64,000 nt of DNA from a virus (Duplodnaviria > Caudoviricetes). The DNA lies in the IMG/VR virus record IMGVR_UViG_2908369612_000002, positions 1-64,000 of that record; one strand, given 5' to 3'. This document shows positions 29,205-40,909 of the stretch, piece after piece. Each line of letters starts with the position of its first letter. The first letter of the stretch is position 1. The translations under genes were made by a program, and so were the position numbers. The notes below the pieces were generated by a model. It was not told the DNA's origin and searched no databases. It saw only the letters and a program-made list of their open reading frames with translations.

Positions 29205-32200
29205 TTAAATTTCTACTCTATTTGTGGTTAAACTAATGTTTCCTTCATCATCAACTCCGTCAATACGGCACACAGTATGATTATAAATGCTGTTCTTATA
29301 GACCTTTGGAATAAAGTTGTTTCCTCTTCTAAAGCCGGTAAACATTAAAAGTGTTCCTCTTGTATACCAAGACTTCTCTACAACTTCTTTCTTGCCACCT
29401 CCAACAGAACGGGAGATTTGTTTATTATAATGACTGAAGCTGCCTGACCACTGTTTTACAGTAACCACTCCTGTTGGTGTGAGAAGAGTGATTGTGTGCT
29501 TGTTTTTATCTCTATCTAAAACGGTGCCTATAATCCTGGTTGTTTCATACTCATACAAAGTTTTTCCTCGCCATTGATATGGTTTGCCTTGTATCGGGTC
29601 TTCTGGTAACTCATGAAAATCAGCAATGTTATACTTAGCAAAGTTAACACCAGAAAGCTCATGATCGTTATAATAAAAGCTCAATGAATCCATTTCCCAC
29701 TTACCGTATGTACCGCTAGCATATTTAATCCACTCATTATTGAGTAGGCTTCGATTTAAAAGATTTAGAGCCTCATCAGTCCCCAACCATTTTTTTAATG
29801 CGATCATCTTTTTGTCATATTCTTTTTTAAATGCATCCCCTGAGATTAAGAGATGTTCATTGTGAAAATCTACAACACAATTTTCGTCAAAGTTTTGATT
29901 AAAGAATTCAGACGCTACATCATCTAATAAATAAAGTTTATCATTAGGTGATTCGATTGTTTTAAAGACTTTCTTTGAAATGTATTCTTTAAATTTAAAG
30001 TACCTAATTTCTAAGGCAAATTGTTCAGGAATTAAATTGTTTTCTAACATCATACTTATATTTGCCATTGTTAACTTCTTTTTAGGTTCGGTAATTATCG
30101 TGATGTACTTTTTCATGATGCTTTTTCGATCATCAAAGGTATCAAAGCACCCACCTTTAATCAATTGTATTACTTGACCTTTTTGGATTTTTCCTGAATA
30201 GAATAATTTATCAAGAAATTCTTCAAAGGACTCGTAGGGTCTATGTGAAATTATCCGGTGAACTATTTCATCTCCAATTCCATTCATACCTTTCATTCCA
30301 AAAATAATCGAATTGTTTTGAATATCTGCCTTAAAGCCAAAACTAGCTTTATTAACATCCGGTAAATCAACCTTAATACCTCGATGGCGTATGCTTCCTA
30401 TAGCCGAGGCAACTTTCCCATAATCTGTTTTCTGAGTCTTCTTGTTTCCATCTTGATGGCCTATTTCTTCTTCATTTTCAACTCCCCCACTGTTTACCGT
30501 TAAACAGGCAGTATTCCAGTATAAAGGGTTATATCGATAGTTTAAGTTCAATTCCTGTAACGCAATAATTGAATACGCTAAAGTATGAAGTAAACTAAAA
30601 CTGTAGCCAAACTGTCTTTTAAATTGAACATTCCATATATAATTCAAAAGATTGTCTGACGCACCAACTTCCTTCCCTTTTTTGAAGAATAAATTCTGAA
30701 CCTCTTTTAATACATCTTCTTTTTTCTTTGCTATGGATTTTCTTAAATAATTTGATTCTTTAATATCGAATCCAGCTATATTTTTATCCATTACCATTTG
30801 CATGACTACTTCTTGAGTGTCAGCAACTCCATAAATGTCTTTTAAATATCTCTCAATGACCTTTATCCCATCATTACTTAGACCATAATTACGCATTTCT
30901 TCATACCAAAGTGACATATTGTTTTTATATTTCACATATGTGTCGACAGGCTGCTCTTCGCCATCAGACATCAACCTCATTAGAGAATTTGTGACTGCAG
31001 CCTCAAGTAAATTCTTGGGTTTAACTTTAATCACGGCTTGGTGACCGATCTCGGTCGAAAACTGGAACAAGTCCATTACCTCTCCATTACCAGCCATTTC
31101 CCACAGCCTTTGATCTTCATACTCAATTACGTCTGGATGAATGTATTTTTTATATGTTTCCTTTAAGCTTCCTTGCCATTCAATTTCTTTGTTCTCGATT
31201 AATTGGTCTAAGGTTACTCGAATTTTATCTAGAGCCTCAATCGTTAGAAGATCAAACTTTACCGAGCCCATGGCTTCACTGTCACCCATATTAAACTGTG
31301 TAATATAAGCTCCTTTAGGAGTTTTCATCATTGCATTCGACTTTGTATATTCGTCGTTAAAGATAATAACTCCAGCTGCATGAGAAGACCGTTTATTAGT
31401 TAATCCTTCAATTTTCAGAGCAGTTTCTTTAAGATTAGGGTATTGTTCAACCTCCCTAATAAACTCTTTAATCGGCTTTCTGTCTGTTTCTTTGTCACCA
31501 TAAAAACAATGCGTTAAAGGCCAGTTAGACCCTCTTTCATAAGGAATCATCCCACTTAAATATTGAGATATATCATTATCTATTCCTAAGCCTCTACATG
31601 CTGTCTGAAGCGCTGATTTTGAACCTTCAGTTCCAAAAGTAGCAATTTGAAGAACACGTTTGTCTCCAAACCTTTCTCTAAGTGCCTTAAGTATTTTTTG
31701 TCTTTTTGATCCTTCAGTATCAATATCGATATCTGGAAGGTCAGGTCTTGATTTATGTATATGTCTCCAATGTGGTAAATCATATTGCATTGGATTAAAT
31801 TGAGTGTTGTCGAGTAGATAATTAACTAAGTAACCTGCAGCACTTCCCCTGGCTGCCCCAACTAAACTATCTCCTCCACACTCATCATCCCAAATAATAT
31901 TAATGATTTCTCTGACTGTTATGTAATAAGAAGGCATAGACTGGTTCAGCTTTTGGCTGATTTCCCAAAGTTCACCTAGCTCAACATTAATCCTATTCAA
32001 TATTTCATGAAAAGTCTCTCTCGTCAGTTCATTTGTCTTTAATTTATCTTCAAATCCGTCTTCAATTAACTTAAGGAGATATCTATCTTGTTCATCTGCT
32101 GATTCAGACATCTTTTTTATATATTCATATTGATCATATGCTGGTTTAAATAAATGTCTTAATTTAAAGTTTGGAAGCTCCACCTTAGGGATAATTGGTT

Positions 32201-33134
32201 CGTGCTCTATAGTATAGTCTTCAATCATCTCGCCAATCAGTATTGTATTTTTTATGGCCTGATCAATGACTTCTTTATCAATGTAATCCATTCTCTCATG
32301 AATTTCATCAACGTTTTGAACGAAACAGGCTTCATAAAAGGAATCAACTTCTCTTTCTCCATCCTTAGCGTTTAAAAAGGCTTGATGAATTGCTCTATCT
32401 TCTGGTCTAAGATAATGAGCATCCGTTGTAACGATCATTCTCAAGTCATACCCGTGGGCTATATCTATCAGCTTCCTGTTACAGTAAATCTGTTCTTCAC
32501 TCAAAGCGGGTTGGAGCTCGATAAAAAACTTATCCTTCCCAAAAACCTTAATACACCATGTTATAAACTCATGAATCTTTAATTTATGCTGCTTAATTGA
32601 CTGAGAGTCACTAATTTCTTCAAAAGCCTTAATTTTTAACAGGTGAATGTTTACTTCAGACCCTAGACAAGCTGTGGTAGCAATGATGTGTCCAGGATCT
32701 TTGCTTAATAACTCCTCTACATCCTTTTTAACTGTTGGTACTCTTTCCATTGTTCCTGTATAAAACGAGTTTCCCCAGGCTTGAGATGATAGAATTCTTA
32801 GCTGCTCATGTCCCTTTGGATCAATTGCCAACATCAAAAAATGAGGAAACTTTGTCTCTCCTGATTTATAGCTATCTCGAACTTCCTCTAAAGAATCGAC
32901 TAAGTAAGCTTCATTACCTAATATTAATTTGAAGTCTTCAGGCATATCGCCATCCTTTTTCATCTCTCTAACTGTACGAATAGCATCTAAATGTGCCGAG
33001 AGGACTTCATGGTCAGTTATGGCTAGACCTTTATAATTCATCTTCACTGCAGTTTTCAGTAGCTCTTTAACTGAGTTCGTTGAGTCTAGAAGCCTTATGT
33101 TACTCCTATCTGTGTGGCAGTGACATCCTATCAA
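29205..33134 (-). CDS. yorL: DNA polymerase III alpha (DnaE-type, YorL)
   Basis: PHP domain (HCHT, TDH), RGSAAG, PDIDID, HAAGV and GYSF motifs; 1309 aa. Confidence 0.95.
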   Translation of the reverse strand: MIGCHCHTDRSNIRLLDSTNSVKELLKTAVKMNYKGLAITDHEVLSAHLDAIRTVREMKKDGDMPEDFKLILGNEAYLVDSLEEVRDSYKSGETKFPHFLMLAIDPKGHEQLRILSSQAWGNSFYTGTMERVPTVKKDVEELLSKDPGHIIATTACLGSEVNIHLLKIKAFEEISDSQSIKQHKLKIHEFITWCIKVFGKDKFFIELQPALSEEQIYCNRKLIDIAHGYDLRMIVTTDAHYLRPEDRAIHQAFLNAKDGEREVDSFYEACFVQNVDEIHERMDYIDKEVIDQAIKNTILIGEMIEDYTIEHEPIIPKVELPNFKLRHLFKPAYDQYEYIKKMSESADEQDRYLLKLIEDGFEDKLKTNELTRETFHEILNRINVELGELWEISQKLNQSMPSYYITVREIINIIWDDECGGDSLVGAARGSAAGYLVNYLLDNTQFNPMQYDLPHWRHIHKSRPDLPDIDIDTEGSKRQKILKALRERFGDKRVLQIATFGTEGSKSALQTACRGLGIDNDISQYLSGMIPYERGSNWPLTHCFYGDKETDRKPIKEFIREVEQYPNLKETALKIEGLTNKRSSHAAGVIIFNDEYTKSNAMMKTPKGAYITQFNMGDSEAMGSVKFDLLTIEALDKIRVTLDQLIENKEIEWQGSLKETYKKYIHPDVIEYEDQRLWEMAGNGEVMDLFQFSTEIGHQAVIKVKPKNLLEAAVTNSLMRLMSDGEEQPVDTYVKYKNNMSLWYEEMRNYGLSNDGIKVIERYLKDIYGVADTQEVVMQMVMDKNIAGFDIKESNYLRKSIAKKKEDVLKEVQNLFFKKGKEVGASDNLLNYIWNVQFKRQFGYSFSLLHTLAYSIIALQELNLNYRYNPLYWNTACLTVNSGGVENEEEIGHQDGNKKTQKTDYGKVASAIGSIRHRGIKVDLPDVNKASFGFKADIQNNSIIFGMKGMNGIGDEIVHRIISHRPYESFEEFLDKLFYSGKIQKGQVIQLIKGGCFDTFDDRKSIMKKYITIITEPKKKLTMANISMMLENNLIPEQFALEIRYFKFKEYISKKVFKTIESPNDKLYLLDDVASEFFNQNFDENCVVDFHNEHLLISGDAFKKEYDKKMIALKKWLGTDEALNLLNRSLLNNEWIKYASGTYGKWEMDSLSFYYNDHELSGVNFAKYNIADFHELPEDPIQGKPYQWRGKTLYEYETTRIIGTVLDRDKNKHTITLLTPTGVVTVKQWSGSFSHYNKQISRSVGGGKKEVVEKSWYTRGTLLMFTGFRRGNNFIPKVYKNSIYNHTVCRIDGVDDEGNISLTTNRVEI

Positions 33135-33146
33135 CTTTCTTCCCCC

Positions 33147-34877
33147 TTAAAACACAAGCTCTTTTTGTTTTGTGCGAACCACCTCCAATTCATAAATCTC
33201 TATTTGAGGTGTTTTCTTGCCTTTGTATTCATTTGCCTTTGCTTTGCCTATTGCATTAATGACTAACGTTCCATTTGTTTCTGTAAGTTGATTAAAGTAA
33301 TTTTCATCACTTTTAAATCTTATGTATTCAATATCACTGTGCTTAAATTTAACCGTTGTCTTATTCTTTTTTCCTAAGTGTTCAATTTGATCAGCATCAA
33401 TTTCAAGATCCGTTATAGCTATTAATGGTTCTTCAACTTTGTAACCCCAATAATCTTTGTAGCTATTAAGCTGAATGACAAATTCTTTTCTTAGTTGTTT
33501 GGCAGGTATCTCAAAATCCACAGTCTGGACATCTTCCCAAGTATCCATGTCTTTAAATTTATGATTAAGCATTTCATTTACAAGGATCAAGTTATCCCGT
33601 TTAATTGCAAATCCTGCCGCATTTGGATGACCTTTAACAAACTCAAATAAACCAGTTTCTATAAGCACTTTTTTGAAGTCTTTAATAACTCCCTTGTCAT
33701 AGCCTCTTATAGATCCACTCAAAATTCCTTTCCCTAGCTCTGGATCATTCCTAGCCAATAAAGCAGGTCTCTTATATTGTTCTGCAAGTTGGTTAGCTAC
33801 TAAGCCAGTAAGGTTTTTATCCAATATCCCTTCGATGTAGACAATTAGAACTTTGTTTACAGCTAAATTTTTGTCCTCAATTCTTTGTTTTATTTCTTCG
33901 GTTGCTGCGTCAGTAATTCGTTTCTGTTTAGCCTTTAAATTTCCTAGAATCCTAACTGTGTCATCATGAATTGACACAAGATCAGTTTCACTTTGCCCAC
34001 GTTTTTTGTAGGGAACCTTTTCTTTAGAAAGCAGGAATGATCTCATCATTTGATCTTTTTCTTCACTGCTTCCGACCCTAATAGCAGCGTTAATTAAAGG
34101 GTTAATAAAGAACTGTGTATTCTGTATGTTCTTCTCACCCTTAGTTGAAAACTCTTGCTTCTTAAACAGTTTCTTTATTAATGGATGCTTAATTTTCTTC
34201 AAGCCTTCATTCATAAAATACCTGGTTTCAAGGTTTCTTGAATCAGCCGAATCTGCAATGTTACCAATAGATACAAGGTCTAAGAATTGTTCAGCTTCAT
34301 TTTTATTTAGCTTTTCATCTACTGCTTGGCAAAATTTATAGGTCATCCCTGCACCTGTCAGGGTTTTATTTGAATAATTAGGTGAAAGTTGATTATTTAC
34401 AACGATCGCATGCTCAGACACTCGTTCACATTCATGGTGGTCAATAACGATTACATCTGCCCCTCTCTTATTAAGGACCTCATGTTCCACATATTGACTT
34501 GATCCTGCATCTGGGATAATGACTAAGTTAACATCATCAGGAATTGTATCAATAATAATTCCGTGTTCCTTCCCATCATGTATTCTGTATTGAATATCAG
34601 CTTTGGGGTAAATCTTTTTTATGTAATTTATTATAATTGAGCTGGATGTGTACCCATCAACATCACTGTCCACCTGAACAAACACTTTATTTTTTTCCTT
34701 TAAATGTTTAATCAGACAATCTGCTGCTTTATCAATATTATTGAGTTTTGAATAATGAATAACTGAACTTTGATCAATATTAGCAAACAGCTTTGGATCG
34801 TCTATGCCTCTATTTTTTAAGATTGTAGCTAAAGGATCAAAATTATAATCGTTGTCACCGATCAGTCTATACGCCAT
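33147..34877 (-). CDS. yorK: RecJ-like ssDNA exonuclease (YorK)
   Basis: DSDVDG, DHH and GHPNAAG motifs. Confidence 0.92.
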   Translation of the reverse strand: MAYRLIGDNDYNFDPLATILKNRGIDDPKLFANIDQSSVIHYSKLNNIDKAADCLIKHLKEKNKVFVQVDSDVDGYTSSSIIINYIKKIYPKADIQYRIHDGKEHGIIIDTIPDDVNLVIIPDAGSSQYVEHEVLNKRGADVIVIDHHECERVSEHAIVVNNQLSPNYSNKTLTGAGMTYKFCQAVDEKLNKNEAEQFLDLVSIGNIADSADSRNLETRYFMNEGLKKIKHPLIKKLFKKQEFSTKGEKNIQNTQFFINPLINAAIRVGSSEEKDQMMRSFLLSKEKVPYKKRGQSETDLVSIHDDTVRILGNLKAKQKRITDAATEEIKQRIEDKNLAVNKVLIVYIEGILDKNLTGLVANQLAEQYKRPALLARNDPELGKGILSGSIRGYDKGVIKDFKKVLIETGLFEFVKGHPNAAGFAIKRDNLILVNEMLNHKFKDMDTWEDVQTVDFEIPAKQLRKEFVIQLNSYKDYWGYKVEEPLIAITDLEIDADQIEHLGKKNKTTVKFKHSDIEYIRFKSDENYFNQLTETNGTLVINAIGKAKANEYKGKKTPQIEIYELEVVRTKQKELVF

Positions 34878-36012
34878 TAAATTCCCCCTCTTCTGTGCCG
34901 ATCTCAATTTTTCTTCTCATCAGCTCCTCTAGAATTTCCTTTCCCTTATCAGCAGGACTGTCCTTATAATCCAGTAAATCTTCATAATCCCACAAAACAA
35001 ATACACGAACATAAGGAGTAAATTTTGCTGCGAGCTTTAGAATTTTTTTCTGATATTCAACCAGTTTTTCTTGATATTCCTCTTCTGTTTCATGTTCTTT
35101 TGGTGGTCGGTATTTATCAAGGGCAATAAAAACTTCTTCAACACCAAGAGACAATAATATGTCACGGTGAAAATTAGAGATATTGCTTGAACAGACAGCA
35201 CAAGTAAAGTTTGCTTCTCCATAAAAGTCCTGACATTTCAATACAGACTTTTCAGATTCAAAAATTAGTGCTTTCTTAAACCTTCCTATAGAACTTTTTG
35301 TTTTATGTAACCCATATAAATTCATCATGGTTTGATGATTATATAAGATGTTCCCAACCTTTAGAGGCATGTATTTATATCCCGCTTTAACTTCTTCCTG
35401 AATCATAGAACGTTTACGGATGCCAACTAACCTATTATTTAAATCCCGATGAGGAATGGTAATCCCTTCTGTATGAGGTCTAAAATAGTACCCAATCTCA
35501 AACTCTTTTAATGTCTTGTGACTTATTCCCTCACCTAGCCACAATTGGTGAGGATAAGGCACAAACACATCTAGAACAGTTTCATTAAAGCTGGGGAGCT
35601 CAATATGTATTTTTTTCTTCTTTTTGAACTTCCCCATCCAATCCCAGTCATCAATCAAATCATTGTTTATGTATGTCTCTCTATTCCCGAATCCAAATGT
35701 TCTTCCCGCTATTTTGGCAACATATTCGATAGCCTGATTAAAAGAGATATTAATTCCTTTTTGGCTTTTTGCTCTTATAACAAGTTCAAATACATCAAAA
35801 TTATCTCCACACTCTGTATAACAGTGAAACTGTTTTGCTTCATGATAGTAATACAGCTTATAGCTCCCACCAGAAGCATTGTGACAAACGGTTCTGTAAA
35901 TCGGATTTCCTTGTTGATCCCACTGATTGTTCTCGCTACCTAAATCTTTTAAAATCTTATGTATATCCTCAATGGTCAGGCTTTCTTTTACTCTGTCTTT
36001 ATCATACTTCAA
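34867..36012 (-). CDS. yorJ: DNA primase (YorJ)
   Basis: Zn finger CH...CYTEC, TOPRIM FESEKS and ALD motifs. Confidence 0.85.
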   Translation of the reverse strand: MKYDKDRVKESLTIEDIHKILKDLGSENNQWDQQGNPIYRTVCHNASGGSYKLYYYHEAKQFHCYTECGDNFDVFELVIRAKSQKGINISFNQAIEYVAKIAGRTFGFGNRETYINNDLIDDWDWMGKFKKKKKIHIELPSFNETVLDVFVPYPHQLWLGEGISHKTLKEFEIGYYFRPHTEGITIPHRDLNNRLVGIRKRSMIQEEVKAGYKYMPLKVGNILYNHQTMMNLYGLHKTKSSIGRFKKALIFESEKSVLKCQDFYGEANFTCAVCSSNISNFHRDILLSLGVEEVFIALDKYRPPKEHETEEEYQEKLVEYQKKILKLAAKFTPYVRVFVLWDYEDLLDYKDSPADKGKEILEELMRRKIEIGTEEGEFNGV

Positions 36013-36027
36013 AGGGCGCTACACCCC

Positions 36028-37545
36028 TCATCCTGCTTTTATATTCAATTTTTCAACTGTAATTAATTCGTTATCAATATTTGTGGTAAAACAATCTTCT
36101 GTTCTCATGATATCCATGTTTATGCACGTAAAAATCTTAAGCTTATCATGCTTATTTCCACGATTTTTAAACACGTGTACAACAAAATTAGGTTCCTTAT
36201 ATCCAAAGCCATTCTTCATTATGTCTGCAGCAGCTTCTTTTTCCTTTTTGCTTAATGGAAGAATAATCATCGCTACGTCAGTTTTATCAGCAATAGCCTT
36301 ACTTCCTCTTAAATAGTTAGCATCAATTTGTAGCCCTTTTAGCCAAGCGTCTTTCCAATCACCATTTAACTGCGTTGCACTCATCATAAAAACATCATAT
36401 TTATTACATAAAGCCTTTAACTTATCGGCCATGAGCAGTAAAATTTGATCTTCTCTTAAGCTAATTCCACTGTTTCTACTCATTTCTGAAAAAATAGTTA
36501 CAGAGGAATGGATATAATCAAAATAAACATAACCGACATTGTGTTTTCTGACGTTTTTCTCAATAGTCTCTTCTATTTCTTTGATATTGAAATCCGGTAA
36601 ATGTTCGAACCAAATAGGTGATTCCTCTAATATATCTGCCGCCTTTCTAATTCTTTCTTCTTCAGACTCTGTAACAGAATTTTGAAGTATTTTCTCTTCT
36701 GGTACACCTGAGATATATGCTATTGCGATACTTTGTAGTTCCTCAGGTACCATTTCCGTTGAAATTACAGATGCATTCTCTCTAAAAAGGTTATCTTCCC
36801 ATTGTTTTTCTTTGATGTTGTAAATTTGGGTTGCGCCTAAGAAACAGGCATCTGCAACCATGTTTCTTGTCTTACCTCCTCCAGTAGTACCGGATCTCAA
36901 ATAAAATTTTTTCCTCCGAGATCCCCTAAAAATCGAAGTTTGAATTTCACTGTTAAAAGGTACACCAATATCTGGTGAGAGCTTTAACCTATCTAAAAAC
37001 TGATGAACACCCTCTCCAGCCTGAATACCTTTGCTTTGACTATTTGTTTTGAATTTATCTTTTACTTCAATAATCTTCATTTCGTAATGTGAAAGTATTT
37101 CTTCTATTGACTTCTTATCAAAACGTTCCTGCATAGCCTCTTGTTCTCTAGGATCAATTATTGTGTGGTCATAAATTTCCCTAACGTCAAACCCAAGTCC
37201 GTGCATTTCCCTGACCAAACTAAACTTTTTTAAACGGTTATAATAAAACTCAAAGTTTTCAACTTCCGCCAAATTCTGTATTGTTTGAATATAATTTATA
37301 CCGTCATTATCATTAAAAACTTTGTACTGGATTCCATAGTTTTTTAGATATCCATCAATCTCTACTTCATTTATAACCTCTGTTCCTTGATTAAATAAGT
37401 TATACATTGCAGCAAAGAGAATGGAATGAAATCTTTCGGGAAAATCGGTCTTTGATAAGGTATATCCGTTACTTTCAGATAAGAGTGAGGGTTCCTTCAA
37501 TATGCTCCCCAACACTTGGATAATTGCTTTTTTGTCTTGTAGCAA
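36028..37545 (-). CDS. yorI: DnaB-like replicative helicase (YorI)
   Basis: GTTGGGKT, STEM, FDYI and ATQLN motifs. Confidence 0.9.
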   Translation of the reverse strand: MLQDKKAIIQVLGSILKEPSLLSESNGYTLSKTDFPERFHSILFAAMYNLFNQGTEVINEVEIDGYLKNYGIQYKVFNDNDGINYIQTIQNLAEVENFEFYYNRLKKFSLVREMHGLGFDVREIYDHTIIDPREQEAMQERFDKKSIEEILSHYEMKIIEVKDKFKTNSQSKGIQAGEGVHQFLDRLKLSPDIGVPFNSEIQTSIFRGSRRKKFYLRSGTTGGGKTRNMVADACFLGATQIYNIKEKQWEDNLFRENASVISTEMVPEELQSIAIAYISGVPEEKILQNSVTESEEERIRKAADILEESPIWFEHLPDFNIKEIEETIEKNVRKHNVGYVYFDYIHSSVTIFSEMSRNSGISLREDQILLLMADKLKALCNKYDVFMMSATQLNGDWKDAWLKGLQIDANYLRGSKAIADKTDVAMIILPLSKKEKEAAADIMKNGFGYKEPNFVVHVFKNRGNKHDKLKIFTCINMDIMRTEDCFTTNIDNELITVEKLNIKAG

Positions 37546-37559
37546 ATGGACTCCCCTTC

Positions 37560-38030
37560 CTATAAAGTTGAGATGTCAACAAGTCCTCTTTTCTTTCTCA
37601 ATCCCTTTTTTATAATTAACGTAATTTCTTCTCTTTTGTGATTTTTAGGGTCTCCAGCTGATTTTAGGATTGCCTTTTGTCTTATGTAGTGCCGCTTTGC
37701 TTCATCATAAACAAAAGGAACGATCCCAATGCCATCTCCTTCCCTTGGTTGATTCTCCAGTGTTTCGTAAAAGTACTTAAGCGCTAGTTCAATTCCTTTA
37801 AGTTTATAACCATATTCCTCTTGAAACTCTTTGATTTGTTTCAACATCATGCCGGTTGGAGATGCAAGACCGTATAAATTGCATATGTACTGAATTAACT
37901 CTTTTCTGTGATCTGCTTCTTGCTTCCAGGTATTAAAACACTTTTCATGGTAATATCTTTTTTTATAAGGAATTGCTGAGTCTTTGTCTAATTTGGTCTC
38001 GCAATATGGACATTTAACTTGTCTCCCCAA
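37560..38030 (-). CDS. yorH: YorH zinc-finger protein (possible helicase loader)
   Basis: CPYC...HEKC; synteny. Confidence 0.7.
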   Translation of the reverse strand: MGRQVKCPYCETKLDKDSAIPYKKRYYHEKCFNTWKQEADHRKELIQYICNLYGLASPTGMMLKQIKEFQEEYGYKLKGIELALKYFYETLENQPREGDGIGIVPFVYDEAKRHYIRQKAILKSAGDPKNHKREEITLIIKKGLRKKRGLVDISTL

Positions 38031-38075
38031 ATAATAATCACTCCTAATAAGGAGGAGAGAATAATCCCTCCTCTT

Positions 38076-39047
38076 TTATTCAGCTAGAAGGTCTTTTAGA
38101 TCATCTAGAATTACAGACATGACACCTACTTGCTTACGGCTGCACTCAGTAACTTTTACACCCTTACCTAAATGTTTTTCTGTAATCTCATTTACTTCTT
38201 CTAAACGGCCTTCTTCATTAAGCTTCATGCCAATTTCTTTAATTTGATCCATTAATGAGTTGAAATCAAGTTCTTCTGAAGCGTTGTTTTGTTTTTGCTC
38301 TTCATATGTAACAGCAACAATTCCTTCTGCTTGTTCTTGTCTTTCAACTGCCTCGACAATGGCTTTTTCCAGGTTCTCCGCAGTGAATTCAGGAAGGTAT
38401 GTGTCAATGTAATCGAATCGGCTACGAGCAAAATGCTCATCTGTTTCAGCCAGCCAGGCGCTTGATTTGATAACCTTTCTATCTTCATCAACACCATTAG
38501 AGCTTAGATAAAGTACAATATCACTGTTATCAATAACTGGGGCTAAAACACGTTTATCACCCTTAGGATGCACTTTTCCTTTCTTGTCCTCCGCAGCGTG
38601 AGCAATAAAGATTACGGTAAAACCTACACCAATTAATTTATTGATCTCTTCCCAAACTTCTGTTTCATACTCTTTCCAAAGGCCAAAGCCATCATTTCCG
38701 TCTTTAATCCGTTCTACATCATATTGCTCACAAACATATCTGGTTGCATACTTAGCGAATGCATCTACTTCATCAACAATAATTGTCTGATACATTTCTT
38801 TTGCCTTTTCAGCATTTTTAGTTAACTGCTTGTTTACCTTTTTAAAATCAGCCCAACTATTTATAGCCATGAATTGGACACCGGCTATAGCATTCAATCC
38901 TTTTTCAAATGGAAGATATAACGGTTTTTTCATCCGTGTACTTTGCTTTGTTTTACCCAAGTTATTAGAACCATAGATTGTGATAACTTTTCCTTCTAAT
39001 CCTTTTGCTACTACTGAAATTTGTGGGTTGAAAATATCGATTGCCAT
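38076..39047 (-). CDS. yorG: AAA/Sak4-like NTPase (YorG)
   Basis: YGSNNLGKT, IIVD and FIAH motifs. Confidence 0.8.
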   Translation of the reverse strand: MAIDIFNPQISVVAKGLEGKVITIYGSNNLGKTKQSTRMKKPLYLPFEKGLNAIAGVQFMAINSWADFKKVNKQLTKNAEKAKEMYQTIIVDEVDAFAKYATRYVCEQYDVERIKDGNDGFGLWKEYETEVWEEINKLIGVGFTVIFIAHAAEDKKGKVHPKGDKRVLAPVIDNSDIVLYLSSNGVDEDRKVIKSSAWLAETDEHFARSRFDYIDTYLPEFTAENLEKAIVEAVERQEQAEGIVAVTYEEQKQNNASEELDFNSLMDQIKEIGMKLNEEGRLEEVNEITEKHLGKGVKVTECSRKQVGVMSVILDDLKDLLAE

Positions 39048-39128
39048 TTAAGCTCTCCTTTAATTTTGAATTTGTTGGGTGAGTCGAAGCTCACCCCAAT
39101 TATGTATTAGATTATTGTAATTTTATTT

Positions 39129-40049
39129 TTAAAAAGGAAGATCATCATCTGAGATTTCAACTGGCTTAGAAGGTTTGTTATTAGGAGCGCTTCCACCAAA
39201 TCCGGATTTCTTATTGTTTTCTTTACCATTTTCGCTTTTCTTCTTCATCTCTTCTAAATAAACTTCTCTTTCAGTCAGTGCTTGTCTAATTGTGCCTGAA
39301 TTAAAAGCATTCTTACTATCCTCATCATAAGGATCATCACCGCCTGTAACTAGATACTCCCTTTTTGTAATAGATGTGATTTCTTTCTTGTCTTCACCAA
39401 ATGCTGCTGCCTTGGTTGTTACTTTTTGTTCTTTGTAGTTAATGATCTTGCCAAAGACGTTAACTGTAGCACCCTTTTCGTAATTATTTTCAACATATTG
39501 GGAACCTTCTTTTGATACTACAAATGTAAAAGGAATGACTTTCCCGCCATACAAAGGGATATAACCATTTAAAATGACTCTACCTGTTTCTTCCCCTTTT
39601 ACTTTTTCTTCGGTTACATTTTTTACAAACAGCTCAACATCAAATTCTGCTTTAGGATTGAATTCTTCATTAGCATCTAGTCTGTTCACAAAGTTAGTCG
39701 TTAATTGTGGATATGACTTTAAATTTCCTTGTGTGTAATACTCATTTAAACCGATTTTCCCTTGAGTAATTCTCACTTTGTCAGCTTCATCTCTCCCATG
39801 TTTATCAACTGACTTATAATCATTAATAATGGTCTGATATCCTTTTGCAATAGCATTATCAGTACCATCTTTCTTTTTATATCTCGACATTCCATTAACT
39901 GTCTGTACTTCATTCTCAGCAGTTTCAATATCAAGCTCAATACTTAATCCTTCTTTGTTTTTCCATTCATTATGTCTGACTTCGAGTAGTAGTCCCTCAA
40001 TAAAGACCTTGTTCTCAGCTTCACGTAATACTGTATTATTTTCGCTCAT
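39129..40049 (-). CDS. yorF: Putative ssDNA-binding protein (YorF)
   Basis: OB-like repeats and an acidic DDDLPF tail. Confidence 0.78.
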   Translation of the reverse strand: MSENNTVLREAENKVFIEGLLLEVRHNEWKNKEGLSIELDIETAENEVQTVNGMSRYKKKDGTDNAIAKGYQTIINDYKSVDKHGRDEADKVRITQGKIGLNEYYTQGNLKSYPQLTTNFVNRLDANEEFNPKAEFDVELFVKNVTEEKVKGEETGRVILNGYIPLYGGKVIPFTFVVSKEGSQYVENNYEKGATVNVFGKIINYKEQKVTTKAAAFGEDKKEITSITKREYLVTGGDDPYDEDSKNAFNSGTIRQALTEREVYLEEMKKKSENGKENNKKSGFGGSAPNNKPSKPVEISDDDLPF

Positions 40050-40069
40050 TTATAAAAACTCCTCTAATT

Positions 40070-40438
40070 TCATTTTTGTTTATTTTGCTTTTTTGAATAT
40101 GTACTCTTCGTAAACTTACAGTCTTTAATTCCAAGTTCTTTATTAAGTTCTATGTATCTCCTCTTAGGAAACTTCCAATCAGGATCATAACTTTCATTGC
40201 CCGACTTATTGATAATCTCAAACACTTGCTTTTTTCTGTTTACTTTAATCAACATATTCCCATAGGCATATTGAGTATGTAACAAACGTTTTTTAACTCT
40301 TTTTGGATGAGTTTCTTTGACAAGCCTTACATTTCTAATTATCTTTAGAACAGCTTGATCAGGGTTAATTGATTTATTGCCTTTTACATTGTCCTTATAA
40401 TACTCCAGCGCCTTTTTCGTAATCCCTAATACCTCCAT
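40070..40438 (-). CDS. yorE: YorE-like protein
   Basis: 122-aa ORF; synteny. Confidence 0.6.
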   Translation of the reverse strand: MEVLGITKKALEYYKDNVKGNKSINPDQAVLKIIRNVRLVKETHPKRVKKRLLHTQYAYGNMLIKVNRKKQVFEIINKSGNESYDPDWKFPKRRYIELNKELGIKDCKFTKSTYSKKQNKQK

Positions 40439-40470
40439 TATGTCGCCTCCTTCCCTTTAACTTGATTTTA

Positions 40471-40499
40471 ATTATATGCTTATTTTTTGTATTTGTCTA
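40471..40499 (-). promoter_or_regulatory. Repeated phage promoter/operator (SPBRE-like) heading the replication operon
   Basis: TAGACA-aatacaaaaaataagca-TATAAT. Confidence 0.78.
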
Positions 40500-40594
40500 C
40501 TGTTTTTTAAAAATAAATTTCCTTATTTTTTATAAATTTTTATATAAAATGATAATTTTATCTAAAGAAAAAGCCCCTAATAAGGGACTCTTTA

Positions 40595-40909
40595 TTAGTT
40601 TGTGCCTTCAACCTTACTTGTTAAGTAAGCTACCTGTTTTTCTAAATCAGCAACTCTTTCCTCAAGAGTTTTCGGCTTAGGTACATTTTTCTTCTCTTCC
40701 AGCTCAATCGCTGCTTTTTCAATTTCTTCAACTGTAGGAATTGGCTCTTTTAAATTCCAGTCAGCAAAAATATGTCTTCCATTATCATTTATAAAACTCC
40801 ATGAGCTAGTTTCATCTGCTCTTGGAAACATAAACAATAAAACTTCTGGCAAAATTGAACCATGAATATTCCAGATTTCTGATACATCTTGTCCTACTTT
40901 AAATTCCAC
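40595..40909 (-). CDS. yorD: YorD (XkdW-like) protein
   Basis: 104 aa, WNL..PIPT.EE motif; synteny. Confidence 0.65.
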   Translation of the reverse strand: MEFKVGQDVSEIWNIHGSILPEVLLFMFPRADETSSWSFINDNGRHIFADWNLKEPIPTVEEIEKAAIELEEKKNVPKPKTLEERVADLEKQVAYLTSKVEGTN